A DNA stretch of 64,000 bases from Steroidobacteraceae bacterium (GTDB taxonomy: Bacteria; Pseudomonadota; Gammaproteobacteria; Steroidobacterales; Steroidobacteraceae), in contig DATAXF010000008.1 in the NCBI GenBank assembly GCA_036273095.1, positions 10,769 through 74,768 on the forward strand, in the 5' to 3' direction. Each line of letters begins with the position of its first letter. The stretch's first letter is position 1. Below the pieces are notes generated by a model. That model did not search any database. It was not told the origin of the DNA and saw only the letters and a list, made by a program, of their open reading frames with translations. The translations under genes and the position numbers were made by a program. This document shows, piece by piece, positions 25,334-33,069 of this stretch.

Positions 25334-26710
25334 CTACGGCGTCCGACCCTGGAGGCCGGCTGGGCCGTCCTGCCCCACTGCCGCGCCCCGCGCCGCGGCG
25401 CAGGAAATGAAGGCCGCGTAGCTCCACGCGAGGTGCTTGGCCGAAGTCTGCTCGCCGGTGCGCTGATCGAACTGCTCTGACATGTCGCCGCTTTCGGGGG
25501 TGAAGGCACGAACCGTCTCGAGGTACCGGTCGCCCCGCGCGAGCAGCGCCTCGCGTCCGCCGTCACCCCGGGCGGCGCGAAAGCAGAGCTCGGCGGCTGC
25601 CAATGTCGAGAAGTAGTAGGCGCCGCCCGAATAATAGCGGTCGGCGCGATACCGCCCAAGTGCCGGCCCGCGCGATGCCGGCCGCCCATGGTTGATGGGA
25701 TAGTCCGCCTCGAACACGCTGTCGAGCGCGCCGAGCGTCGCCTGAATCCGCGGATCGCGTACCGAGTGGGTGGCGCTGTCATCGGACGCCTGCAGCGCCG
25801 CGAGGATGACGGCGATATCGAGTTCCTTCGCCGACGGTGCGCCCGAGTCGAGTACCCGCGAGCGGAAGTAGCCGCGGTCCGCCAGCCAATAGCCGTCCAG
25901 CGTGTCACGAATGGCCTGGCTCTCCTCCCGACAGCCTCCGGCCTCCGCCTGCTCCCCTCTCGCGTCGAGCCAATCGGCACCGTCATCGAGCGCCTGCGCG
26001 CTGACGCGCAGGGTGAAATAATGCAGCCCCCGCTCCTCCTCCCAGATGTCGTAGCACGGCTCCTGCCAATGGGCGCGCGTGAAGCGCAGATCACGGCGCA
26101 CCAGCTCCTCGCAGGTCGCCCTCAGGCCGCCGTCGAGCGAGGCGCCGCGCAACCAGCGCAACACCGTGAGCGCGCGCAACGCGGGGCCGTCGTTCTGCGG
26201 CCGCCCCCAGTTGGAAATATCGAGTGTGCCGTCGGCGTTGACGCGCGTCTCCGCGGCAATCGCCTCCCCGTGAACACGCTGCAGCTCGGAGTCCGGGCGC
26301 AGAAACTGCTGGAAATCGGCCGCCACGCGCGAGCGCCATTCCGCGGCGGCGGCCGCGAGCGTGCGTCCATCGAGCCGCGCGAGCGTGGCGCTGAAGCGCA
26401 CGAACTCGCCGAAGAGCCGCGGCGCCTCATCGCCGTCACCCGCCGGTCCCTCGACATAGAGCAGCCGCAAGGCATCGATCACGATCGCCGAATCGCGATA
26501 CCAGTGAAAGAAGTAGTCCGGGTCGGGATCGTACGAGGCCGGAACGGGCGAGGCGACCACCGCGCCCGGCAGCGGGCGGATGGTCTGATCGAACCCGGGC
26601 CGGGTCTTGACGATGCCGAGCGGTGAGATACTGCGTAACATCTGTCCCGCGGCGTAGGTCCACTGCCGCTCGATCCACGTTGGGAGAGTCTCCACTGCTG
26701 TCGTCCTCAC
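25334..26710 (-). CDS. GH15 glucoamylase-type glycoside hydrolase (catalytic domain only)
   Basis: GTG 26710 overlaps the upstream stop (GTGA). Hallmarks: YFFHWYRDSAIV, WGRPQNDGPALRA, CYDIWEEERG (catalytic Glu), LAWSYAAF. Confidence 0.8.
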   Translation of the reverse strand: MRTTAVETLPTWIERQWTYAAGQMLRSISPLGIVKTRPGFDQTIRPLPGAVVASPVPASYDPDPDYFFHWYRDSAIVIDALRLLYVEGPAGDGDEAPRLFGEFVRFSATLARLDGRTLAAAAAEWRSRVAADFQQFLRPDSELQRVHGEAIAAETRVNADGTLDISNWGRPQNDGPALRALTVLRWLRGASLDGGLRATCEELVRRDLRFTRAHWQEPCYDIWEEERGLHYFTLRVSAQALDDGADWLDARGEQAEAGGCREESQAIRDTLDGYWLADRGYFRSRVLDSGAPSAKELDIAVILAALQASDDSATHSVRDPRIQATLGALDSVFEADYPINHGRPASRGPALGRYRADRYYSGGAYYFSTLAAAELCFRAARGDGGREALLARGDRYLETVRAFTPESGDMSEQFDQRTGEQTSAKHLAWSYAAFISCAAARGAAVGQDGPAGLQGRTP

Positions 26711-27993
26711 CGCGGCAGATGCGGGCTCGAGAAGCCCAGCCGGCGCAGCCCCGTCCGCACCTCCGGCGCGCTCATGAAAAGCTTCCAGAGAAGCCCGCTG
26801 CGGAAATTTTCGATCATGAGGATGATCGGGCCCTGGTCGATGGCGAGGTGCGTGTCCGCGTACCAGTCGCGCTGCGGACAGAAGGCGTCGACGAACCCGT
26901 GACGCCGCCAGACCTTCTCGCCGAACGTGCCGAGAAAATGGCGCAGCGCCTTCATCGCCTCGACCGGCGCATAGGGAAAGCTGGCGAGCGCCGCCGTCGG
27001 CGCGATGGTGCCGTTGTCGTTGTCGGGCGCATGCACCCCGTAGCCATCGGGATCGTCGCTCGCCGTCAATCCCCAACAGTGCTCGCCGTAACCGCGATGA
27101 TGGTTGGGGTTGGCCACGCAGTGCGCGTGATTGATGCGCACGTGCCGCAGGTTCTGCTCCCAATAGCTCGCGTAGCGGTCCTCGAGGCCGTGCGGATCGA
27201 GGCCACAGAACGAGTAATGCGCGAAGAAGAGCGGGCCGCCGAAAGCCGGCCCGAGCGGCAGCTCGATGCCGCCCCAGCTTCTGCCATTGAGGAAATCCCG
27301 TCCGCTGGCGAAGCCGCGATGATAGACGTGGCTGTCGATGGGATAACGCGGCGCACCGGCGGCGAGCACGTAGGTGACCAGGCATTCGTTCCAGCCGCGG
27401 ATCTCCTGCTCGATGGCCCAGCCGTTGTTGGGACTCCAGTGCCAGTAGAGCACGCCGCGGGTTCCGCGCGCGTACCAATCCCACTCGACCTCCTCCCACA
27501 GCCACGAAATCATGTTCCGCGCCCGCGCTTCCGCCGCAGTGTCGCGGCCGAAGTACTGCCGGGCCGTGAGCAATCCCATGCAGAGGAAAGACGTCTCCAC
27601 GAGATCACCGCCGTCGTCCTTGCGCGAGAAAGGAAGCGTGACTCCAGTGCGGCCGTCGAGGAAATGCGGCAGCGCGCCGTGATAGCAGGTTGCACGGACG
27701 AGGACATCCAGCATGGCGCCCAGCCGCTCCAGCCCCTGCTCCCGCGTGATCCAACCGCGCTCGACCGCGACCACGAGCACCATGAGCGCGAAGCCCGAGC
27801 CGCCGGTGGTGACGAGGTCGCTGCTCTGTCCCTTGCCCGCGGGTCGCCGGTCGGGCACCAGCCCGCTCACGGGGTGCCCCGCCTCCCAGAAGAACCGGAA
27901 GGTCTGCCGCTGCACACGCTCGAGCAGCTCGTCATCGCTCAACGTGGCGAGCCGGGCGGGGCTCATTTCCTCGAATCGGGCGGTATCGGACAC
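26707..27993 (-). CDS. GH144/DUF3131-type 'glucoamylase family' protein (endo-beta-1,2-glucanase-like)
   Basis: Family pattern recalled: QRQTFRFFWEAGHPVSGL, TTGGSGFALM, YHGALPHFLDGRTG, KDDGGDLVETSFL, IDQGPIILMIEN. GTG 27993 lies 4 nt after the ABC stop with AAGGAAGGAG 8 nt upstream. ATG 27966 is an alternative start. No signal peptide. Confidence 0.7.
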   Translation of the reverse strand: MSDTARFEEMSPARLATLSDDELLERVQRQTFRFFWEAGHPVSGLVPDRRPAGKGQSSDLVTTGGSGFALMVLVVAVERGWITREQGLERLGAMLDVLVRATCYHGALPHFLDGRTGVTLPFSRKDDGGDLVETSFLCMGLLTARQYFGRDTAAEARARNMISWLWEEVEWDWYARGTRGVLYWHWSPNNGWAIEQEIRGWNECLVTYVLAAGAPRYPIDSHVYHRGFASGRDFLNGRSWGGIELPLGPAFGGPLFFAHYSFCGLDPHGLEDRYASYWEQNLRHVRINHAHCVANPNHHRGYGEHCWGLTASDDPDGYGVHAPDNDNGTIAPTAALASFPYAPVEAMKALRHFLGTFGEKVWRRHGFVDAFCPQRDWYADTHLAIDQGPIILMIENFRSGLLWKLFMSAPEVRTGLRRLGFSSPHLPR

Positions 27994-27997
27994 GGAC

Positions 27998-29827
27998 TCA
28001 ACTCCTTCCTTCACGCAGCTGGGAAGCCTTGCCGCGCGCCTCCGGCGGATCCGCGGCGCGTCCCACGGGACACTTGACCAGATGGACCACGCGGGCGAAG
28101 AGCGGATCGCGCGCCTGCGCGCCGCCGATATGAACCACGCCGGTGCGCGCGAGCTCGTCACCGAAGACCTCGATGACACGCTCGAGGGTGTCGCCGTCGA
28201 GCGAGCCGAACACATCCTCGATGAGCACCCACGCCGGCGCCTGCAGCAACACCCGGGCGAAGGCGAGTGCGAGCTGCTCGTCCTCGCTCAGCTCGCGATC
28301 CCAACGCCGCGAGACGTCGAGAAGCGGCACCAGCCGCTCGATCCCGAGCCGGCGCAACGCCTGTGCACAGTCGTCCGCCTCGAACCCCTCGGGCTTGAGC
28401 GGATAGGCGAGCACTTCGCGCAGCGACCCCTGAGGCAGGTAGGGTGTGCCGCGCGGGAAGTAGAGAATCTGCTCGCCGGCGGGCATGACGACCCGCCCGG
28501 TGCCGAGCGGCCAGAGGCCCGCGAGCGCCCGGAACAACAGCGACTTGTTGGTTCCGGGCTCGCCCACGATGAGCAGCCGCTCCCCGGTGCGCACCTCCAC
28601 CATCCTCTCGCGCAACATGTCACGGCCGGCGGCGGATGACACCTCGAGACCTTCGATGACGATCCGGCCGGCGATGCCCTCCGCGTAAGTGATATGGCTC
28701 TCGACCTCGTGTTTGACATCGGTGGTGACGACGGCGCGGCGGAAGTTGGCTACCCGAAGGAGCGTTGCCCGCCAGTCGGCGATATTGGGGAAGTTGTCGA
28801 CGAACCAGCGCAGCGAGGCCTGCGCCGTGGTGAAGGCCGCAGCGGCCTGCATCAGGCCGCCGAACGAGAGCCGGCCCGAGAAGTAAAGCGGCGCCGCCAC
28901 CAGAAGCGGCGCCACCAGCAGCACCCAGCCGAAACCCGCGGTGATCCAGGTGAGATTGGTCAGCCCCGTGACCAGGCGCTGGGTGGCCCGGAGCACTCCC
29001 TGGAGGCTGGTCTCGAGCCGCCGCCGCTCACCCTCCTCCCCGGCGGCGAGAGTAATGCCATCCAGATGCTCGTTCACCCGCACCAGCGCGAAGCGCAAAT
29101 CCCCCTCGCGCGCGTACCGCTCGGCGTTGCGCCCAATGAGACTGCCGCCCACCCAGTAGGAGAGCAACGAGCCGAATGCCGCATAGATGATCGCGGCCCA
29201 CACCATATAGCCGGGCACTGCAAATTCGTGCCCGGCGATGGTGAGCGCGAAGCCGCGGGAAAGGACCCAGAGGACGCCGATGAAGGCTACGAGCGTCACC
29301 GATGCCTGGATGAGGCCGCTGCCGAGGTCCCCGGACAGCTCGCACAGATGGCGCGCATCATCGTGCATGCGCTGGTCGGGATTGACCCCCATCGGCCCCG
29401 CATTGGCCAGCCAGAAAGCGCGCCGCGGACTCATCCAGTCACGGATGAGGTCCCCGGTCAGCCCCTCACGCAGCTTCACCTTCAACGTCTCGACCAGCCA
29501 GCGCTGTGCGACGTTGAGGACGAGGAGAAAGCCCGCGATGATGAAGAACACCCCGAGCTGGACGAGAAAGTCCCTGAAATCCCGCCGCGTCAGCGCATCG
29601 TAGAACGGCTGGTTCCATCTGTTGAGCCACACCTGCCCGTAGGCGGTGGCGACGATCACCGCGAATACCCCCGCCATGAGCACAACCAGCGAGCGGGCGG
29701 CCGGCGAGGCGAGCAGCGCCCCGACTATCATGCCCAGCTGCGACACGAGCCCCGAGTGCTCGGCCTCCGTCTCCGGAGGGTGACTGTCGCTGCTGTCGTC
29801 TGGGCGATCTATCATCGTGCTCGTCAT
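27998..29827 (-). CDS. SbmA/BacA-ABCD-type ABC half-transporter (TMD-NBD) with deviant NBD motifs
   Basis: The TMD resembles YddA/BacA (VWLNRWNQPFYDALTRRDFRDF...NPDQRMHDDARHL). The NBD contains GEPGTNKSLLFRALAGLWP, LSEDEQLALAFARVLL and WVLIEDVFGSLD. Start is uncertain (29827, 29815 or 29731). Confidence 0.8.
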   Translation of the reverse strand: MTSTMIDRPDDSSDSHPPETEAEHSGLVSQLGMIVGALLASPAARSLVVLMAGVFAVIVATAYGQVWLNRWNQPFYDALTRRDFRDFLVQLGVFFIIAGFLLVLNVAQRWLVETLKVKLREGLTGDLIRDWMSPRRAFWLANAGPMGVNPDQRMHDDARHLCELSGDLGSGLIQASVTLVAFIGVLWVLSRGFALTIAGHEFAVPGYMVWAAIIYAAFGSLLSYWVGGSLIGRNAERYAREGDLRFALVRVNEHLDGITLAAGEEGERRRLETSLQGVLRATQRLVTGLTNLTWITAGFGWVLLVAPLLVAAPLYFSGRLSFGGLMQAAAAFTTAQASLRWFVDNFPNIADWRATLLRVANFRRAVVTTDVKHEVESHITYAEGIAGRIVIEGLEVSSAAGRDMLRERMVEVRTGERLLIVGEPGTNKSLLFRALAGLWPLGTGRVVMPAGEQILYFPRGTPYLPQGSLREVLAYPLKPEGFEADDCAQALRRLGIERLVPLLDVSRRWDRELSEDEQLALAFARVLLQAPAWVLIEDVFGSLDGDTLERVIEVFGDELARTGVVHIGGAQARDPLFARVVHLVKCPVGRAADPPEARGKASQLREGRS

Positions 29828-31988
29828 GAAACCGCAAGACACATCACGCATCGAGGCGCTCATCGGCCGGATGACCCTGACCGAGAAGCTGGGTCAGCTC
29901 ACCATGATGGCCGCCAGCCACACCGTGACCGGACCGGTGATCACCGGCCACTCCACCGGCGATATCCGCGCCGGCAGGATCGGCAACCTGCTCAATCTTA
30001 TCGGGGCGAGCGCCGCCCGCGACATGCAGCGTATCGCAGTCGAGGAATCCCGCCTCGGTGTTCCGCTGCTCATCGGCCTCGACGTCATCCATGGCCACCG
30101 CACGCTCTTCCCGGCGCCCCTGGCGGAAGTGGCGCTATTCGACCCTGAGGCCTGGACTCGGACGGCGCGGGAAGCCGCCCGGGAGGCGGCCGCGGACGGC
30201 ATCAACATGACCTTCGCACCCATGCTCGATGTGTCCCGTGAGCCGCGCTGGGGGCGCACCGTGGAGGGCCCGGGGGAGTCACCGTGGGTCGGCCGGCGGC
30301 TGGCCGAAGCCAAGGTACGCGGCTTCCAGGGCACCGACCTGGCTGCCGCGGAGTCGATCGCGGCCGTGGCCAAGCACTACTGCGCCTATGGAGCGGTGAC
30401 GGCCGGCCGCGAGTACGCCTCGGTGGACGTCTCCGACCGGGCCCTTCGCGAGGTCCACGAGCCCTCCTTCGCGGCCGCCATCAGCTCGGGCGTCGTAGCC
30501 GTGATGCCCGCCTTCACCGACCTCGCCGGCATTCCGATGACCGCCCATGCCGGTATGCTGCGCGGTCGCCTGCGGCGGGAGCTCGGCTTCGACGGCGTCC
30601 TGGTCAGCGATTACAACGCCATCGCGGAGCTGATCCAACACGGCATCGCCGCGGACTTCGTCGAGGCGGCGACCCTCGCGCTCAAGGCGGGCGTCGACAT
30701 CGACATGGTTTCGGGGGCATATCTGCAGGGGTTGCCGCTGGCGCTCGAGCGCGGTCTCGTCAGCCAGGCGCAGATCGACGAGTCGGTGCGCCGGGTGTTG
30801 GTGCTCAAGGCGCGCCTCGGCCTGTTCGAGGATCCCTATCGGCGCGGCGCCACCGCGGAAAGCGCCGCGGTCCTCACGGAGCGGCGCCGGATCGCCCGAG
30901 AGATCGCGGCCCGCTCCATGGTGCTGCTGAGCAACCGCGGACAGGCGCTGCCGCTTGCCGGCAACCTGCGGCGCCTGGCGCTCATCGGACCTCTGGCCGA
31001 TGCGCCCGCGGAGATGCGCGGGCCGTGGTGGTGCGCGGCGGAGCCCGAGAGCCAGGTCGGCGTGCTCGCCGGGATGCGCGCGGCACTGCCGCAAAGCGCA
31101 ATCCTCCACGCCAGCGGTGTCGACATCGCGGGAGATGACGAGAGCGGCATCGCGGCCGCACTGGCGCTCTGCGACAGCGCCGAGGCCGTGGTGCTCTGCC
31201 TGGGCGAGGCGGCGACGATGAGCGGCGAGGCGGCATCGCGCGCGCATCCGGGACTTCCCGGCCGCCAGCGGCAGTTGGCGGAGGCGGTGTTGCAGCGTGC
31301 CGCCGCAAAGGCGATCCCCGTCACCGCGGTCCTCTTCTGCGGACGGCCGCTCATCGTTCCCTGGCTCGCGGAGCGGGCGAACGCGCTGCTCGCCGCCTGG
31401 TTCCCCGGCTGCGAGGCCGGCCACGCGCTCGCCGACGTGCTGACGGGTCGCACCTCGCCGAGCGGACGCACACCGATCACCTGGCCGCGCGCGGTAGGAC
31501 AGATACCGCTTTACTTCGGTGAGCGCAGCAGCGGCCGTCCCACCGATCCGACCGGTCCCTTCTGCAGCCGATACATCGACGAATCCAACGCGCCGCTCTT
31601 TCCCTTCGGACACGGGATGACCTACGGCAGCTTCAGCATGAGTAACCTGCGCGTGACGCCACAAGCGGCCAACGCGTCGGTCACGGTGGAGGTGCGGATC
31701 GAGGTCGAGAATCGGGGCGAGCGCAGGGCGGAGGAGACCGTGTTTCTCTTCACGCATCGCCTGAAGTCTCGTGTCGCGCCCCCGCTCCTCGAGCTGCAGG
31801 GCGTCGGCAAGATCACCCTGGACCCGGGCGCGCGCGGCACACTGATTCTGTATCTGCCCGTCGCCGAGCTGCGCTCGCTCGGCCCCGATCTCGAGCCCGC
31901 GCTCGAGCCGGGCGCGGTCGAGATCCTGGTGGGGCCGAGCGCGGACCGTGTCTCACTGCTTTGCGCCCGGTTGGAAATCCTGGCGTGA
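29826..31988 (+). CDS. GH3 beta-glucosidase
   Basis: MTLTEKLGQL N-terminus, VAKHYCAYG, nucleophile context GFDGVLVSDYNAI, and a C-terminal FnIII-like domain. No signal peptide. ATG 29826 is preferred over GTG 29817. Confidence 0.85.
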   Translation: MKPQDTSRIEALIGRMTLTEKLGQLTMMAASHTVTGPVITGHSTGDIRAGRIGNLLNLIGASAARDMQRIAVEESRLGVPLLIGLDVIHGHRTLFPAPLAEVALFDPEAWTRTAREAAREAAADGINMTFAPMLDVSREPRWGRTVEGPGESPWVGRRLAEAKVRGFQGTDLAAAESIAAVAKHYCAYGAVTAGREYASVDVSDRALREVHEPSFAAAISSGVVAVMPAFTDLAGIPMTAHAGMLRGRLRRELGFDGVLVSDYNAIAELIQHGIAADFVEAATLALKAGVDIDMVSGAYLQGLPLALERGLVSQAQIDESVRRVLVLKARLGLFEDPYRRGATAESAAVLTERRRIAREIAARSMVLLSNRGQALPLAGNLRRLALIGPLADAPAEMRGPWWCAAEPESQVGVLAGMRAALPQSAILHASGVDIAGDDESGIAAALALCDSAEAVVLCLGEAATMSGEAASRAHPGLPGRQRQLAEAVLQRAAAKAIPVTAVLFCGRPLIVPWLAERANALLAAWFPGCEAGHALADVLTGRTSPSGRTPITWPRAVGQIPLYFGERSSGRPTDPTGPFCSRYIDESNAPLFPFGHGMTYGSFSMSNLRVTPQAANASVTVEVRIEVENRGERRAEETVFLFTHRLKSRVAPPLLELQGVGKITLDPGARGTLILYLPVAELRSLGPDLEPALEPGAVEILVGPSADRVSLLCARLEILA

Positions 31989-33002
31989 CAGCAGCTGCGC
32001 GACCCGCTCGGCGACCAGCTCCGGCGCACCGTCGCTCGCGGTGATCGCGCAGCTCGCGCCCCGGCGAGGCATGTAAAGCCGCGGATCCGTCACCTTGAAG
32101 AGTCCCACGGTCGTTGCATCAGTAGCCGCACCAAGATGCATGAGGCCGGAGTCGGCGCAGACGAAACAATCCGCGGCCTCGAGCACCGCAGCCACCTGAC
32201 GCACGCGGCGGGAGTAGTACGCAGGCAGCTCCGGCAGCGCCGCCACGCCGTTCGGCGGCCGGATTTCGATGACTCGCGCGGACGGCAACCGGGGGTGGAG
32301 GCTCGCAATCATGCGACGCCACCAGTCGATGCTGAACTGCTTCGCGCCCGTTGCGTGAGCCGCGACGGCCACCACGGGACCTGAGCCGTCCGTGCCGAGA
32401 ACGCGCTTGATCTCCTCCCTGCCAGCGAGACGCTCGGCATCGGTCAGGCGGATGCTGAGCTTCGGTGTTTCCGCGCGCGCGGCCTCGTCATCGAGCCCCA
32501 GGATGCCGCGTCGCAGCAGATATACGGGGTAGTCCCCCATGTGCACCGGCGCGCCCACGAAGGGAACGCTGACATCGACACCATCGGTTTTCCCCGCACG
32601 GGAAAAGCCGAGCTTGAGCTGTGCCGGGAGACGCCTGGTGAGAAAGCGCGCAGTCCAGGACCTGGGAGAGGGATCGACCAGGATGTCGTAACGCACCCGG
32701 CCCACGCGCAGGAGCGTCAGCAGATGCTGCAGCGGATGGCGTAGGCCGCGAAAGGGCAGCCTGTGCACGCGCTTCACCGAAGGAAATTCCCGGAACACCT
32801 CCGGCGCCACCGGGCATGCCGTCAGGATCTCCACCCGCGCCGACGGCAGCGTGGCCTCGATCTCCTCGACTAGGGGCGTCATCAGCAGGGTGTTGCCGAG
32901 GCGGGTATTCGGGCGGCAGATGAGAATGGTCGCGCCTGCATACCGCTGCGCCGGGGACCCCACGGCGCTCGCGGGCGCGGAAAGGAGCTCGGCCGGCAGC
33001 AT
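31953..33002 (-). CDS. Family 9 glycosyltransferase (heptosyltransferase-like)
   Basis: ILICRPNTRLGNTLLMTPLVEEI N-terminus. C-terminal FVCADSGLMHLGAATDATTVGLF. The 3' end overlaps the convergent GH3 gene by 36 nt. Confidence 0.8.
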   Translation of the reverse strand: MLPAELLSAPASAVGSPAQRYAGATILICRPNTRLGNTLLMTPLVEEIEATLPSARVEILTACPVAPEVFREFPSVKRVHRLPFRGLRHPLQHLLTLLRVGRVRYDILVDPSPRSWTARFLTRRLPAQLKLGFSRAGKTDGVDVSVPFVGAPVHMGDYPVYLLRRGILGLDDEAARAETPKLSIRLTDAERLAGREEIKRVLGTDGSGPVVAVAAHATGAKQFSIDWWRRMIASLHPRLPSARVIEIRPPNGVAALPELPAYYSRRVRQVAAVLEAADCFVCADSGLMHLGAATDATTVGLFKVTDPRLYMPRRGASCAITASDGAPELVAERVAQLLSRQDFQPGAKQ

Positions 33003-33069
33003 AGGCCCAAATTATGGCATGGCGTGTGATAGGGGGCCGGCTAGACTGTGACGGGGAAACGTTACCTGG

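Noticed and set aside
23236-25410. 724-aa plus-strand ORF. Analogous long ORFs are 5747-7021, 7274-8692, 26623-28077, 27713-28639, 28694-30148, 30279-31757 and 36993-38420.
   Set aside because: All are mirror frames of genes with strong family motifs on the other strand. They are Arg/Pro/Ala/His-rich low-complexity translations without start-site support.
25324-26094. N-terminal extensions of ORFs. Examples: 22906-26094, 25334-27505, 26707-28215, 20722-21612, 40601-41341, 41165-42607, 46980-48686, 48512-50692, 57172-58929 and 59194-60123.
   Set aside because: The extensions overlap the upstream gene, have Arg/Pro-rich non-protein-like sequence, and lie upstream of internal starts that match family N-termini and/or have SD sequences.
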